Virus record (IMG/VR): IMGVR_UViG_3300029993_000005
Span: 1 to 64,000 of that record
Direction: 5' to 3' (one strand)
Length of the DNA: 64,000 bases
Part shown: piece after piece, positions 7,944-16,889 of the stretch
Layout of the letters: every line of letters starts with the position of its first letter
Position numbering within the stretch: position 1 is the first letter of the stretch
Position numbers and translations under genes: made by a program
The notes under the pieces: model-generated
What the model was told of the DNA's origin: nothing
The model's input: only the letters and a program-made list of their open reading frames with translations
The model's database searches: none

Positions 7944-8405
7944 TTAGACCAAAACTTGATTGTGTTTAGTAAAGAATAGACGCATGCGCGATAAAAATAT
8001 TTGACGGTCGGTACAGGCAGACCAATCTACATAGTCCTCAATTTGTTCGTTAGTTTTTACTGAGTCAAAAAGTTCCCTAGCAATAAGGTCATAACAAGTC
8101 CTAGGAAAATTAAATAATTTCGACAGCGCGTTAAAACTATAACTCGGGTCCGCATCTTCTGATGTTCTAAACACTAGGTGGAAGTACGTCAGGTCGTCGT
8201 CAAAAAAACGCCTATCACGTTCTAGACGTAATCCAAGGTCTCTGAATTTCTTTGCCTGTGTTAACTTGCCAGCAGCACAGAACTGCGTTCCGCACACCCA
8301 GGTATCCAGGTTGATTTCCTCGTCAGGAGAATCTTTTATCACTTCGTAAGCAGCACGCAGCAGATCGAAGTTTGGGATCCCCTGGTCTTTCAAGACTGAG
8401 TCCAT
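7944..8405 (-). CDS. hypothetical, tandem paralogue of 8414-8857
   Basis: Shared PNFDLLR, DSP.EEINLD.WVCGTQFCA, CTDRQIFLSRMR. Confidence 0.85.
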   Translation of the reverse strand: MDSVLKDQGIPNFDLLRAAYEVIKDSPDEEINLDTWVCGTQFCAAGKLTQAKKFRDLGLRLERDRRFFDDDLTYFHLVFRTSEDADPSYSFNALSKLFNFPRTCYDLIARELFDSVKTNEQIEDYVDWSACTDRQIFLSRMRLFFTKHNQVLV

Positions 8406-8413
8406 TTGAGTCC

Positions 8414-8857
8414 TTAAAGAGTTTGGCCTTCTCTGATAAAGTATACACGCATACGGGACAGGAAGATTTGACGGTCAGTACATTTCTCCCAGTCTACACT
8501 GCGTGGTTCGTCATGGTAATTATCGATAACGCTATCGAATAGAAATTCTGCGTCGGGATAGGGTATACCGAATAGGTTAGACAGGGCCTTAAATCCCAGA
8601 AAGTTATTACCATCCACAGACAGATACAACCAATCTGGTGGGTATCTCCGATCACCATATAGAGGTGTGAGTCCAAGACCTAGGTCTTGGAATTTCTTAA
8701 CCGTGGTTAGCTTACCTCCGGCACAGAACTGGGTGCCGCACACCCATTTATCTAGGTTGATTTCCTCTTCAGGTGAATCCTCAATAACTTTAAAGGCTTC
8801 ACGCAGAAGATCAAAATTAGGCCCAGATGCGGGGACTTCAGTATTCATGTAGCTCAT
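8414..8857 (-). CDS. hypothetical, tandem paralogue of 7944-8405
   Basis: Same motifs as above. Confidence 0.85.
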   Translation of the reverse strand: MSYMNTEVPASGPNFDLLREAFKVIEDSPEEEINLDKWVCGTQFCAGGKLTTVKKFQDLGLGLTPLYGDRRYPPDWLYLSVDGNNFLGFKALSNLFGIPYPDAEFLFDSVIDNYHDEPRSVDWEKCTDRQIFLSRMRVYFIREGQTL

Positions 8858-9258
8858 GTGGCGCTCCCTTCTTTGTTGGCATTGGCTTTGCGGAAAAGCT
8901 CACGCATCCGCTGTTTGAGTGCGGCGTGTATTTTTGCGTATGCGTCTGGGTCGCGTAGTGAGTCACGGTTGTAAGACGACGCGAATTCGTAGACAAGCAG
9001 CATGTGTTCTTGCATATCCTTCTCTACTTTGGCTTCAGCTCTAACATCCTTGCCGTTGACCTTTACGATGTCCCGCACCAAAATCAAGATTGGGAACCCC
9101 GCTTTGACCCAAGGTGCCACATAAACCCACTCAGGCTCCATTGGGCGTCTAGCACCAGGATTTATACTAATGATGGTACCATCTTTAGTCGGCCTCGATT
9201 TTAATCCAGATCGGTCGCCGCCTAGCCAATGTATCTTGTCACCGACTTCCAACTTCAT
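8854..9258 (-). CDS. hypothetical (N-terminal SH3/KOW-like start)
   Basis: MKLEVGDKI...GTIISI pattern; coupled ORF. Confidence 0.7.
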   Translation of the reverse strand: MKLEVGDKIHWLGGDRSGLKSRPTKDGTIISINPGARRPMEPEWVYVAPWVKAGFPILILVRDIVKVNGKDVRAEAKVEKDMQEHMLLVYEFASSYNRDSLRDPDAYAKIHAALKQRMRELFRKANANKEGSAT

Positions 9259-9698
9259 GACCGTCTCCTTAACTCACCTTTACGCATGGCTTCGAACTCA
9301 CCCTCTGATAGGAGTTGAAGCCCTCCCTTATTAAAGGCGACGTCAACTCTCTTCTGGATCTCGCGAGTGCGCTCTAGGGCCTTCACCTCGCGCAACATTA
9401 ATTCTTCTGAGGTCTCACCACCATCACCAACAACCACGGGTTTCTTTGGCGTCACGGACATATCAAACCGTGAGTGCAAAGTCCCGACATGGTGTACTTT
9501 GTTCTGTCGTGCGTAGACCGGTATCTTTGCGCGGTTATAGGCTTCATCCATTTCTGGCGGGCGCGGTGACCTGGCAAATCCTGCGGTCCTAGTCTTCAAT
9601 TCTGCTACGCGTGCATTTACTGCTGCAACCTCTCGTTCGCGTTGCAGTCTTAATTGCTCACGTTTCTTCTCTGCTTTAGCCTTCGATCTGAGGCTCAT
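9255..9698 (-). CDS. hypothetical basic coiled-coil protein
   Basis: Start moved to ATG 9698 behind GGGGA. Confidence 0.7.
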   Translation of the reverse strand: MSLRSKAKAEKKREQLRLQREREVAAVNARVAELKTRTAGFARSPRPPEMDEAYNRAKIPVYARQNKVHHVGTLHSRFDMSVTPKKPVVVGDGGETSEELMLREVKALERTREIQKRVDVAFNKGGLQLLSEGEFEAMRKGELRRRS

Positions 9699-9789
9699 AG
9701 TGAATCCCCCAATTAGATTGATTGGTGTGAATGCGTGTGACACTTCAATTATACCACACGCACACTCAACCCGTCAGTCAGTCTCTTAA

Positions 9790-10203
9790 TCAATTCTGAG
9801 GTAGCGGCAATTGCGTTACCTTCAACATAAAGGCTTGGGTGTCGTCTATACCGAGCTGGATTCTGCGTATGTCTGCGCGATAGTCCTCGACAACTTCGCC
9901 TAGCTTTCGCTCCCAGCTCTTTTGGAAGCTCGTAAACGTACTGAACTTTATGGTAAAACGTGCGCCGTCTACGTCGGTATCCTCGTATGCAGTCCATAAC
10001 CACACATCAAGTAGGAAACTGCGACGACCACCCACACAGGTACTCAAATCTACCTGAATCACCAGATTATTTATATTCTGCGTGGGCCAGCTAACACCGT
10101 GTCCCGTGCCGTAATAAGATTCCAACTCATAGCCCGTACCTAGGAAGGAGCACAAGAAAGCCATCACCTTATCTATCTGCTTGTTGCTATTCTTTGTCGT
10201 CAT
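9790..10203 (-). CDS. hypothetical protein
   Basis: Start moved to ATG 10203. Confidence 0.7.
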   Translation of the reverse strand: MTTKNSNKQIDKVMAFLCSFLGTGYELESYYGTGHGVSWPTQNINNLVIQVDLSTCVGGRRSFLLDVWLWTAYEDTDVDGARFTIKFSTFTSFQKSWERKLGEVVEDYRADIRRIQLGIDDTQAFMLKVTQLPLPQN

Positions 10204-10378
10204 GATATATGTCTCGTTCAGCGTACCCGGTCGTCCAGCCGTCTGCATAATCAAACCATGCCTGAGTATTTAGGTCTATGTAGTTCTGGGCGTACACACC
10301 TTTTAGACCATAGGTGTGTCCATCGTTCCAGGCGGCAGACATGCAGTCTGCGTTCGCGTAACAGGGTTTGTCGTTCAT
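10187..10378 (-). CDS. hypothetical protein
   Basis: 63-aa ORF with repeated Y.DGW..GY-type motifs. Confidence 0.65.
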   Translation of the reverse strand: MNDKPCYANADCMSAAWNDGHTYGLKGVYAQNYIDLNTQAWFDYADGWTTGYAERDIYHDDKE

Positions 10379-10452
10379 GGTAATCCCTAGAAACTAGGCA
10401 GCGTCAAACTCAGGGTCGTTCCAACACTTGAGAATGACCTTACGGTTCAGAT

Positions 10453-10860
10453 TCAAGCTTCCGACTTACACCATTTAAGGAATTCCTCGACACCACCCGA
10501 GAACAACATTTCGGGCTTCCGACTAAAAACTTGAACGCGCAGAGTTGGGGCTTCAAGCCCAACCCAGGTTTCGACTCGAATATCGTATCTGAATTCTTCA
10601 GTCGCAGCTGCGTCATAAGCCCGAACATAAATATGGCCGGGGCATGTTTTGAGTGAAGCAATCAATTGGGCAGCCAAACAGCCAGCGCCGTTACAACTTC
10701 GTTGTGTATCAGCTGGACCTAACCCGGTAACTAAACGCTGGGTACTGAGAAATTCTGCCAGTGCCAGTCCGTGGCCCGAAGGATAGCCATCGCTATGAAC
10801 GTACAGGCTAACAAGAGGCTGTTGGTTTTCAAAAACATTGGTGATTGCTCGCGTACCCAT
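10453..10860 (-). CDS. conserved-looking phage hypothetical (MGTRA...YVHSDGYPSGHG)
   Basis: First gene behind the cassette at 10893-10936; start moved to ATG 10860. Confidence 0.8.
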   Translation of the reverse strand: MGTRAITNVFENQQPLVSLYVHSDGYPSGHGLALAEFLSTQRLVTGLGPADTQRSCNGAGCLAAQLIASLKTCPGHIYVRAYDAAATEEFRYDIRVETWVGLEAPTLRVQVFSRKPEMLFSGGVEEFLKWCKSEA

Positions 10861-10892
10861 TTTATTCTTCCTTTTCGTTGGACTGTTTGCTT

Positions 10893-10936
10893 CAGTGCAG
10901 TGATTCCAGTATAGCACAATTTAAGATGGTGCCAAC
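10893..10936 (-). promoter_or_regulatory. Class-A promoter cassette (TTGGCA-16-TGnTATACT)
   Basis: -35 at 10930-10935, -10 at 10908-10913, extended -10, conserved leader. Confidence 0.75.
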
Positions 10937-10942
10937 ATCTAA

Positions 10943-11296
10943 TCAAATCTTTTTGAGTTTCGCCAGCAACTCGGCAACGTCAAACTCGGGGTCATTCCAA
11001 TATTTCAGAATGACCTTACGGTTCAGGTTCATCCATTCGATGACGGCCTTCACATCTTTCGGCGAAACCTTCACTTCGCCTTCGATAGACTCATCGTGAA
11101 GCGCGATTGAAAAATTGTCCTCGCCCGAGAACTTACCGCGTATATTGGAAACTTTCACACGACAAGCATGTGTTGGTTCCTTCTTTGAAATCCACACGAC
11201 AACATGAGGTATGCCCGTCGTCTTCGGATTCAAGTTAGCCATAGCCCCAACGAAGGACGTGGCAATCAATCGTTCTGCTGCCTTAACATGTGTCAT
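10943..11296 (-). CDS. TG[IL]P...NR..[IL]LKYW family protein, copy 1
   Basis: Aligns by eye to 35688-36182 and 36202-36708. Confidence 0.8.
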   Translation of the reverse strand: MTHVKAAERLIATSFVGAMANLNPKTTGIPHVVVWISKKEPTHACRVKVSNIRGKFSGEDNFSIALHDESIEGEVKVSPKDVKAVIEWMNLNRKVILKYWNDPEFDVAELLAKLKKI

Positions 11297-11304
11297 TTCA
11301 AGTC

Positions 11305-11412
11305 CTAGCTAAGTTGAAAGAATATGGTGATGGCCAGAAGCATACCAAGGATACAGGCACCAAGCAGTCCCAAGGTAGAATTTAACTTGGATTGTTGTTC
11401 AAATTTGTACAT
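11305..11412 (-). CDS. 35-aa membrane peptide MYKFEQQSKLNSTLGLLGACILGMLLAITIFFQLS
   Basis: Manual translation; fills the gap exactly, AAGGA RBS. Confidence 0.6.
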   Translation of the reverse strand: MYKFEQQSKLNSTLGLLGACILGMLLAITIFFQLS

Positions 11413-11422
11413 TGTTGGGTCC

Positions 11423-11593
11423 TTAATATTCGTTGCTTTCGGCAATGCGGTGATGCTTGTCGATCTCGTACTGTTCCATGGACTCAGTAAAGTCTAGACT
11501 ACATTTACCGCATATACTTTGTTCCATCTCTTCGTCGTAACCAATATATCCAAATTTGTGGCAACGTTCACATAAGGCTTGCTTTAACGACAT
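11423..11593 (-). CDS. 56-aa Zn-ribbon peptide (CERC...CGKC)
   Basis: Manual translation; AAGGA RBS. Confidence 0.65.
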   Translation of the reverse strand: MSLKQALCERCHKFGYIGYDEEMEQSICGKCSLDFTESMEQYEIDKHHRIAESNEY

Positions 11594-11602
11594 GATAAAT
11601 CC

Positions 11603-12250
11603 TTACTGTTGATCCTGTACGATGATCTTCGTACTCTGAATTGGGGGGACGATTGAGTTGGAACTGTCGGCCTTGTTGTCGGCTTCAATTTCTTTCGTGT
11701 CCGTATCCTCATCGTCAGACTTTTCTTGTTCACTGATTTCAGCCTGTTTCTTATTCCAAGCCCAAGGATTCTTTGCGTACCAGTCGACCACGCATTGACG
11801 AGCATTGTTATCATTTCGAGCCATGCACTGGTCCAAAAACTGGTGTTCAACCTGTGACATCGGGGATGGTGCATTCGGGTTGCTGGACTCGTTTGCTGGC
11901 CCAGCCTCGTCGGTCTCTGCTGGTGTGGAACTCGCGCTCGCAACCGGAGGCACATCAGCATTTGAGATGGCAGACGAGGCTACGTCAGTAGCCTTGTTCA
12001 GGACGTCACCAACAGTTACTGGCGGAATGGTGATTAAATTCTGATTCAGCTTCGCATGATAGGCATCAACGGCTGAACCTAAGAAATCGGAGACCCCGGT
12101 CATCGGATCCGAACTGTGGCCCATGAACACGAGTACAACAACAATTAGGGCTGCTACCAAGGCAATTCGCCAGAAGGCGACGATCAAGGCACCAGCAATA
12201 ACAGCCACTAGGATTAGGGCTAAAATATGGGGGTCTACTGAATAGTTCAT
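11603..12250 (-). CDS. membrane-anchored protein with acidic low-complexity segments
   Basis: About 40-aa hydrophobic N-terminus; first gene after the promoter at 12306. Confidence 0.75.
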   Translation of the reverse strand: MNYSVDPHILALILVAVIAGALIVAFWRIALVAALIVVVLVFMGHSSDPMTGVSDFLGSAVDAYHAKLNQNLITIPPVTVGDVLNKATDVASSAISNADVPPVASASSTPAETDEAGPANESSNPNAPSPMSQVEHQFLDQCMARNDNNARQCVVDWYAKNPWAWNKKQAEISEQEKSDDEDTDTKEIEADNKADSSNSIVPPIQSTKIIVQDQQ

Positions 12251-12305
12251 GATCTTTTCCTTTTTCGTTAGGACTTTGAATCGGTTATTACTTAACCATG
12301 AACCC

Positions 12306-12335
12306 AGTATAGACTAATTTGGTGCTGGTGCCAAC
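12306..12335 (-). promoter_or_regulatory. Class-A promoter (TTGGCA-17-TATACT)
   Basis: -35 at 12329-12334, -10 at 12306-12311. Confidence 0.75.
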
Positions 12336-12358
12336 ATTTATTTTAAATAGTTTATAGT

Positions 12359-12433
12359 TGGTCTGCCCTCTAGGAATCGAACCTAGACCCACAGCTTAGA
12401 AGGCTGTTGCTCTATCCGTTGAGCTAAGGGCAG
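12359..12433 (-). tRNA. tRNA-Arg (anticodon UCU), CCA encoded
   Basis: Full cloverleaf: CTGCCCT/AGGGCAG acceptor, GCTC/GAGC D stem, ACAGC-CTTCTAA-GCTGT, CTAGG-TTCGATT-CCTAG, A73-CCA. Confidence 0.97.
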
Positions 12434-12448
12434 ATTTGACACTAGATT

Positions 12449-12670
12449 TTATAGATCTTCTTCGTCCATGTGGGCATACTGGGGCGGAAAATCAGGATCG
12501 AATTCAACGTACTTGGAGACTTGGCTATAGTCACCATACATGTCAAGTGCTTTAGACTTGCATTCTTCTTTGTTATAACCACAAACTTCAAAAGTACGAG
12601 GAAGACGGTCGGCACCGGTTCTGTAATCAGTTCCACCGAAGGCTGTGATGGTGATTCGCGCGTGGATCAT
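12449..12670 (-). CDS. hypothetical protein
   Basis: 73-aa ORF behind the class-B cassette. Confidence 0.75.
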   Translation of the reverse strand: MIHARITITAFGGTDYRTGADRLPRTFEVCGYNKEECKSKALDMYGDYSQVSKYVEFDPDFPPQYAHMDEEDL

Positions 12671-12708
12671 TTTGTTCTTCCTTTTCGTTGGGTTGTTTGA
12701 TTCAGTGG

Positions 12709-12755
12709 AGTGATTCCAGTATAGTTTAGGTTGGTGCCAACGTCAACAATTATTT
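12709..12755 (-). promoter_or_regulatory. Class-B promoter cassette (TTGACG-17-TATACT, palindrome in the spacer), copy 1
   Basis: 47 bp identical to 54281-54327 and 57516-57562. Confidence 0.85.
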
Positions 12756-12764
12756 AGAGTTTAA

Positions 12765-13121
12765 TTAAGATTCTAGTCTAACCAGTAATTTAGCAAAGGC
12801 TAAAGCATTTCGCCAGCCTTTCTGCGTAGGCGGGAACCTAGCATCAGGACATGGTCCTGAATCATTGAAATGAGGATCGATTTTGTTACTCAGTTTAGCC
12901 AGTAGGTTATCAGCACCGTCTATATCACAATATACCAGTATTTTTATACCCTCAAAATTTTTGGCATCTGGATAGTGAATTTTAACAACTAAACAAACTT
13001 TAGAAGCATAGCGGGTCACCACAGACTGAAGAATCTTAAAATTATATGGATTCGGATTGCTGTTAGCTACAGCATAAGGTGAGCTGCTGCAGCTATCATG
13101 AAAAGGTTTCCAACCACCCAT
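12765..13121 (-). CDS. hypothetical, paralogue of 4679-5029
   Basis: Shared motifs, see 4679. Confidence 0.85.
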   Translation of the reverse strand: MGGWKPFHDSCSSSPYAVANSNPNPYNFKILQSVVTRYASKVCLVVKIHYPDAKNFEGIKILVYCDIDGADNLLAKLSNKIDPHFNDSGPCPDARFPPTQKGWRNALAFAKLLVRLES

Positions 13122-13204
13122 ATTGAAATCCTAGATTAAATAATATTGCTATTAGTTGGGACTGAGCAAGTAGTGATTGACCTGAACTTTCAGTATTTTG
13201 ATTT

Positions 13205-13525
13205 TCATGATAGCACATTTGAACGTATGTTATAGCCCGGGTTAGCTGCTTCCCAAGCTTCCAGCCTCTGGACTCCAACGTACAGTTCACCGTTCAAGAA
13301 CTTTTGATGTGCTTCTAGTTCCTGTTCTGGAGTCAATACCTCACAGCACGGGGGCGCGTGAGGGTATTCGTTGAGCCTGTTAGCACACGGAATACAGTAA
13401 TAAGTTTTAGTTGCTTTATTAAACACGGGTGCGAATTTTGAACTACAAGCATCGCGATTACATTTAGGTAACTGCAAGCTGCGTCCGAACTCTGCGTCAT
13501 AGCTATTCAGATTAACTAATGCCAT
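13205..13525 (-). CDS. Zn-finger-like hypothetical
   Basis: CNRDAC...YYCIPCA; start moved to ATG 13525. Confidence 0.7.
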   Translation of the reverse strand: MALVNLNSYDAEFGRSLQLPKCNRDACSSKFAPVFNKATKTYYCIPCANRLNEYPHAPPCCEVLTPEQELEAHQKFLNGELYVGVQRLEAWEAANPGYNIRSNVLS

Positions 13526-13991
13526 ATCTTTCCTTTGGTTTGATGTCAAGCCAAGTGGCAACGTCCGTAATGAAGGCCATGAACTCGTCACTAGGCTTCA
13601 CGTTATGCACCTCGATGTAGTGTCGATAACCTTCGGGCCACACCCAGTCACCAACGTGGAATTCGCGGTAGCCCATATCACGACCCTGCGAATCACAGAT
13701 CCGACAATTAGACGACCCCATGTAACTAAGGACTAACGCTTCTTCGTATCGCGGCTGAGGGGGTCGGTTGTCGGGATGAATGCTGCCCCAGGTATCATAG
13801 TACTCTGCGTACTCCTTGTTGTGCGCTAGAACGGCGGACATAGCTTCAGCCAGTAACTTGTCCTCGAATGGAACTAACACTGCAAGAAATTGATAAGGGT
13901 TCCACCCATCACTAGCACTCACTGGGTGAGGCAGACCCTGTTCGTACTTCGAATACCAAAAACCTTCACGCTTGGTCAATGCTGATTCCAT
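13512..13991 (-). CDS. hypothetical, paralogue of 14665-14991
   Basis: Shared REGFW, Y.G.S.CRIC, W.WP.G.RHY.EVH.V.PS. Confidence 0.85.
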   Translation of the reverse strand: MESALTKREGFWYSKYEQGLPHPVSASDGWNPYQFLAVLVPFEDKLLAEAMSAVLAHNKEYAEYYDTWGSIHPDNRPPQPRYEEALVLSYMGSSNCRICDSQGRDMGYREFHVGDWVWPEGYRHYIEVHNVKPSDEFMAFITDVATWLDIKPKERYGIS

Positions 13992-14367
13992 GATTAAGTC
14001 TACCTCTCTTGTAGTCGTAATCTATAGCCGTGTAGAAGGCCCGTAGGTTAGGACGCGCATACCAAGGAAACGTATGCAATGGTGATATATCGGCGGTTAG
14101 AGCATAAGCTCTAACCTCGAACCTCAGGTGAATTTCGAAGTCAATAAGTCTGGCATGGTGAAACCGAATACCACCTAGGTGCTCAGTCTTCTTTTTCTTC
14201 TTGTTGTATATGCGTTCGACGTTACGCTCATCGAACGCGCCCATACTTACTACTTCTCTATAGAAACCTTTGTCCCTAACATTCAAGCGCGGTATGACGT
14301 GGACTGCCCGTTTCTCACCCTCGGCAGACTCTGTGAAATACCATAGGTCCTCATGCAGAATCATCAT
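13966..14367 (-). CDS. hypothetical protein
   Basis: Start moved to ATG 14367. Confidence 0.7.
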   Translation of the reverse strand: MMILHEDLWYFTESAEGEKRAVHVIPRLNVRDKGFYREVVSMGAFDERNVERIYNKKKKKTEHLGGIRFHHARLIDFEIHLRFEVRAYALTADISPLHTFPWYARPNLRAFYTAIDYDYKRGRLNHGISIDQA

Positions 14368-14668
14368 TATACAACGCCTGCTCAACACACCAAACCGAAA
14401 TACCAAGCATCCTACCTATGGCACCATTGGAGTGACCAAGACTCACGAGCTTTCTAATCAGCGGTCGACGTTCTGTCGGTGTTAGAGAATCAGCACTACG
14501 CAGCTCATCATGCAGGAATAGAACAGTCTTGGTTACGCGCCCACCTGTTGAGGGACTATGCACAGAGTTCGCATACGTGAGTCCTGGACAACCTACAATA
14601 CTAAAGCCTATGACGGTGGGGTCACGAATCAATGCTTCTAAATAATTAGAGCTATTAATCATACTCAT
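14351..14668 (-). CDS. small C-terminal HTH protein
   Basis: LVSLGHSNGAIGRMLGISVWCVEQAL fits an HTH pattern. Confidence 0.65.
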   Translation of the reverse strand: MSMINSSNYLEALIRDPTVIGFSIVGCPGLTYANSVHSPSTGGRVTKTVLFLHDELRSADSLTPTERRPLIRKLVSLGHSNGAIGRMLGISVWCVEQALYNDDSA

Positions 14669-14991
14669 TTCAGATGCTCCCCAATTATAAATTCCTCAAA
14701 GGCCAATGAAGGCCTGACGAGATGGACCTCAACGTAATGTCGGAACCCAGAAGGCCAAGTCCACCCATCAGACGAATATTGTGAACAACCATTTCCTTTA
14801 TTGCAGATGCGGCACGTCGACCAACCACGGTACGAGGTACATAGTGTTGCTGCATCTTCCTCTTTGTCTTTTAACTTGTCAAGAAAACGTTGGTGCCCCG
14901 GCCAAGGCTTAGCTTTTGTCCTGGGAATCGGTAAGATCGAATCGGCACTATCTCGCCAGAATCCCTCACGTCTAATAAATGGTGTGGTCAT
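14665..14991 (-). CDS. hypothetical, paralogue of 13512-13991
   Basis: Shared motifs. Confidence 0.85.
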   Translation of the reverse strand: MTTPFIRREGFWRDSADSILPIPRTKAKPWPGHQRFLDKLKDKEEDAATLCTSYRGWSTCRICNKGNGCSQYSSDGWTWPSGFRHYVEVHLVRPSLAFEEFIIGEHLK

Positions 14992-14996
14992 GTCTT

Positions 14997-16514
14997 TTAT
15001 TTATTTGCCAATACTAGACCTTCTGCGACTAAGCCTTTGATAAGGGTCTCTAACTCGGGTTCAGAAAAATCGGTGTCTTTAATGGTGATCGACCGGTTAA
15101 CCAGACTATTTTGGGCTGGAGCCACAACTTTACCATAACCCAAGTTCCGTAACTCGTGAACCAGTTGGCGGCACTCGCTTAGGCTGAGGGGCAATCCTTT
15201 AATACGAACAGTTAGGTCCAACAATGGTACTTCTTGGACTAAGGATTCGTGGACCCTGACCTGGACCAAAGATTTAGAAGCTGGTGTTTGTAGACTTTGG
15301 CTAGTGTTGACGCTGGGCATTTCAAGTTTCTCCGGTGCAATTTGCATTACTTGTTTTTCAAGTTCTTGCTTGTCAATATTTTTGTATTTATAGTTGGCAT
15401 CCGTTGTTGTGTAGCTATGCGGATCAACTATTTCAGGCTTGAGTCTCCACATTAATCCCGCGACAGCACCTTTAGTCAGGCCCGCTGCAGGTTCAGTAAT
15501 GAACCAGCCCTTGGCTTTCATTGTTGACATCGTGTTCTGAATACGTAGGGCCTTCAAGTCGGGTCTAACTGCCTGAATTAATGCCGCGATGTCAGCTGAT
15601 TTATAAGGCTTCCTATCGGACATCGCTTTCCATATCAGGACAATCAAGGGATCATCTTTTGACATTGAAGCTGAGTGATCGACAAATTGCGAATTAGTGC
15701 TGGCGCTGCCTTCAACTGAAATTGATTCCTGTACTACTTGCTTCCAACCCAGAGTCATATCCAGATTATTTGTTGGCGCTTTATGCTTTGTTTCGTGGCC
15801 CTGACTCTGATTATAGGCATCAACCTCGACCTTAGTGGGTTGTGTCTGGTCAACTAAATTTTCAGTAGATTTCAGCAAGGACGGCATCGGGAAATCCTTT
15901 CTCAATGTATAAGAAGTACCACTCCCTTTATGTGACCGGCGTTCAAACCATCGATTGGTTCTAATCAGGGTGTCCAATCGTTTGTCAGTAATCCGGCTAT
16001 CGAACTTGTATTCAGCTAGAATTTTTCGAATTTCATAAGCGGTACGTGGCTTGTAATCAGACATCACTTTCCAGATACCGATGTCTAGTCCCTCCTCCGG
16101 ACGAATCACGCCTTTCGGGTCAGGGGCCAGTCTAACATTCGGTTCTCGGTGAACCCGTTTAGCCCTATGCGCGGTAATTGTCGTGTCCAAGATTTTCTTC
16201 TTTAGAGTAAATGTCAATATTCCGTTCGCGCCACGGACAGCCTCCAGTCTACCATCGGCTGCGTATTTAGCCATAATCGTTGGCACCAGATAACATTCTG
16301 GGTGATCCGGTAGCCTTAATTGTACGTCATGCACGGTCCATCCGCGATAATTGTACATTAATCCTAATACAGCATCATGGATATCCTGAACAGGTTCTGG
16401 TTTATTTTGTTCCTCCTCCAGCATAAGCCCGAAACCTAGTTCCGGCTCTGACTCTGGCTCAACAAACAATTCTGGCAACTGTGTCAGGTCGTTGACTTTG
16501 CGACTCTTAGTCAT
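14997..16514 (-). CDS. multi-winged-helix-like protein
   Basis: Internal repeats IWKVMSDYKPRTAYEI / IWKAMSDRKPYKSADI plus a third, weaker copy. Confidence 0.6.
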   Translation of the reverse strand: MTKSRKVNDLTQLPELFVEPESEPELGFGLMLEEEQNKPEPVQDIHDAVLGLMYNYRGWTVHDVQLRLPDHPECYLVPTIMAKYAADGRLEAVRGANGILTFTLKKKILDTTITAHRAKRVHREPNVRLAPDPKGVIRPEEGLDIGIWKVMSDYKPRTAYEIRKILAEYKFDSRITDKRLDTLIRTNRWFERRSHKGSGTSYTLRKDFPMPSLLKSTENLVDQTQPTKVEVDAYNQSQGHETKHKAPTNNLDMTLGWKQVVQESISVEGSASTNSQFVDHSASMSKDDPLIVLIWKAMSDRKPYKSADIAALIQAVRPDLKALRIQNTMSTMKAKGWFITEPAAGLTKGAVAGLMWRLKPEIVDPHSYTTTDANYKYKNIDKQELEKQVMQIAPEKLEMPSVNTSQSLQTPASKSLVQVRVHESLVQEVPLLDLTVRIKGLPLSLSECRQLVHELRNLGYGKVVAPAQNSLVNRSITIKDTDFSEPELETLIKGLVAEGLVLANK

Positions 16515-16523
16515 ATGTGTTCC

Positions 16524-16889
16524 TCATGTATATTTGTTAGACGCTCGTGTCAGTATCCTGTATATGCGGAATAATACGTATTCAACAGAACTAGGCATGT
16601 CCAGAGCTATACTAGGCCCACGTTGCTGGGCATAAATCGTTCTAATAGTGTGAGCCTCTAATTTTGGACTGTTCACTAGTATAGAATCTAAAATAGACAA
16701 ATTCAGTTTGCCTAGCCATCGCTCAGCAGCCAACAGTTTTGACAAAGAACGGGCCTCGGTAAATTGTCGAATCAGAAGTGACAAAATTGTAGCCAAGGTT
16801 TCAGCGTCTAAGTCCAAGTTCATACTTCTACCAACTGTATTTACACAGTGCAAAAGTTTTGGGTAGTCTTGCACAGTTTTAGGACTCAT
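16524..16889 (-). CDS. hypothetical protein
   Basis: 121-aa ORF coupled to ligA. Confidence 0.7.
   Translation of the reverse strand: MSPKTVQDYPKLLHCVNTVGRSMNLDLDAETLATILSLLIRQFTEARSLSKLLAAERWLGKLNLSILDSILVNSPKLEAHTIRTIYAQQRGPSIALDMPSSVEYVLFRIYRILTRASNKYT

Noticed and set aside
9749-11961. Minus-strand alternative-frame ORFs 9749..10003, 10440..10661, 10731..10946 and 11584..11961
   Set aside because: Nested in or overlapping genes with better RBS, motif or promoter support
15400-15660. Z-alpha (Z-DNA-binding) domain in the 505-aa protein
   Set aside because: A C-terminal Trp is present, but the conserved N...Y pair of the recognition helix is not
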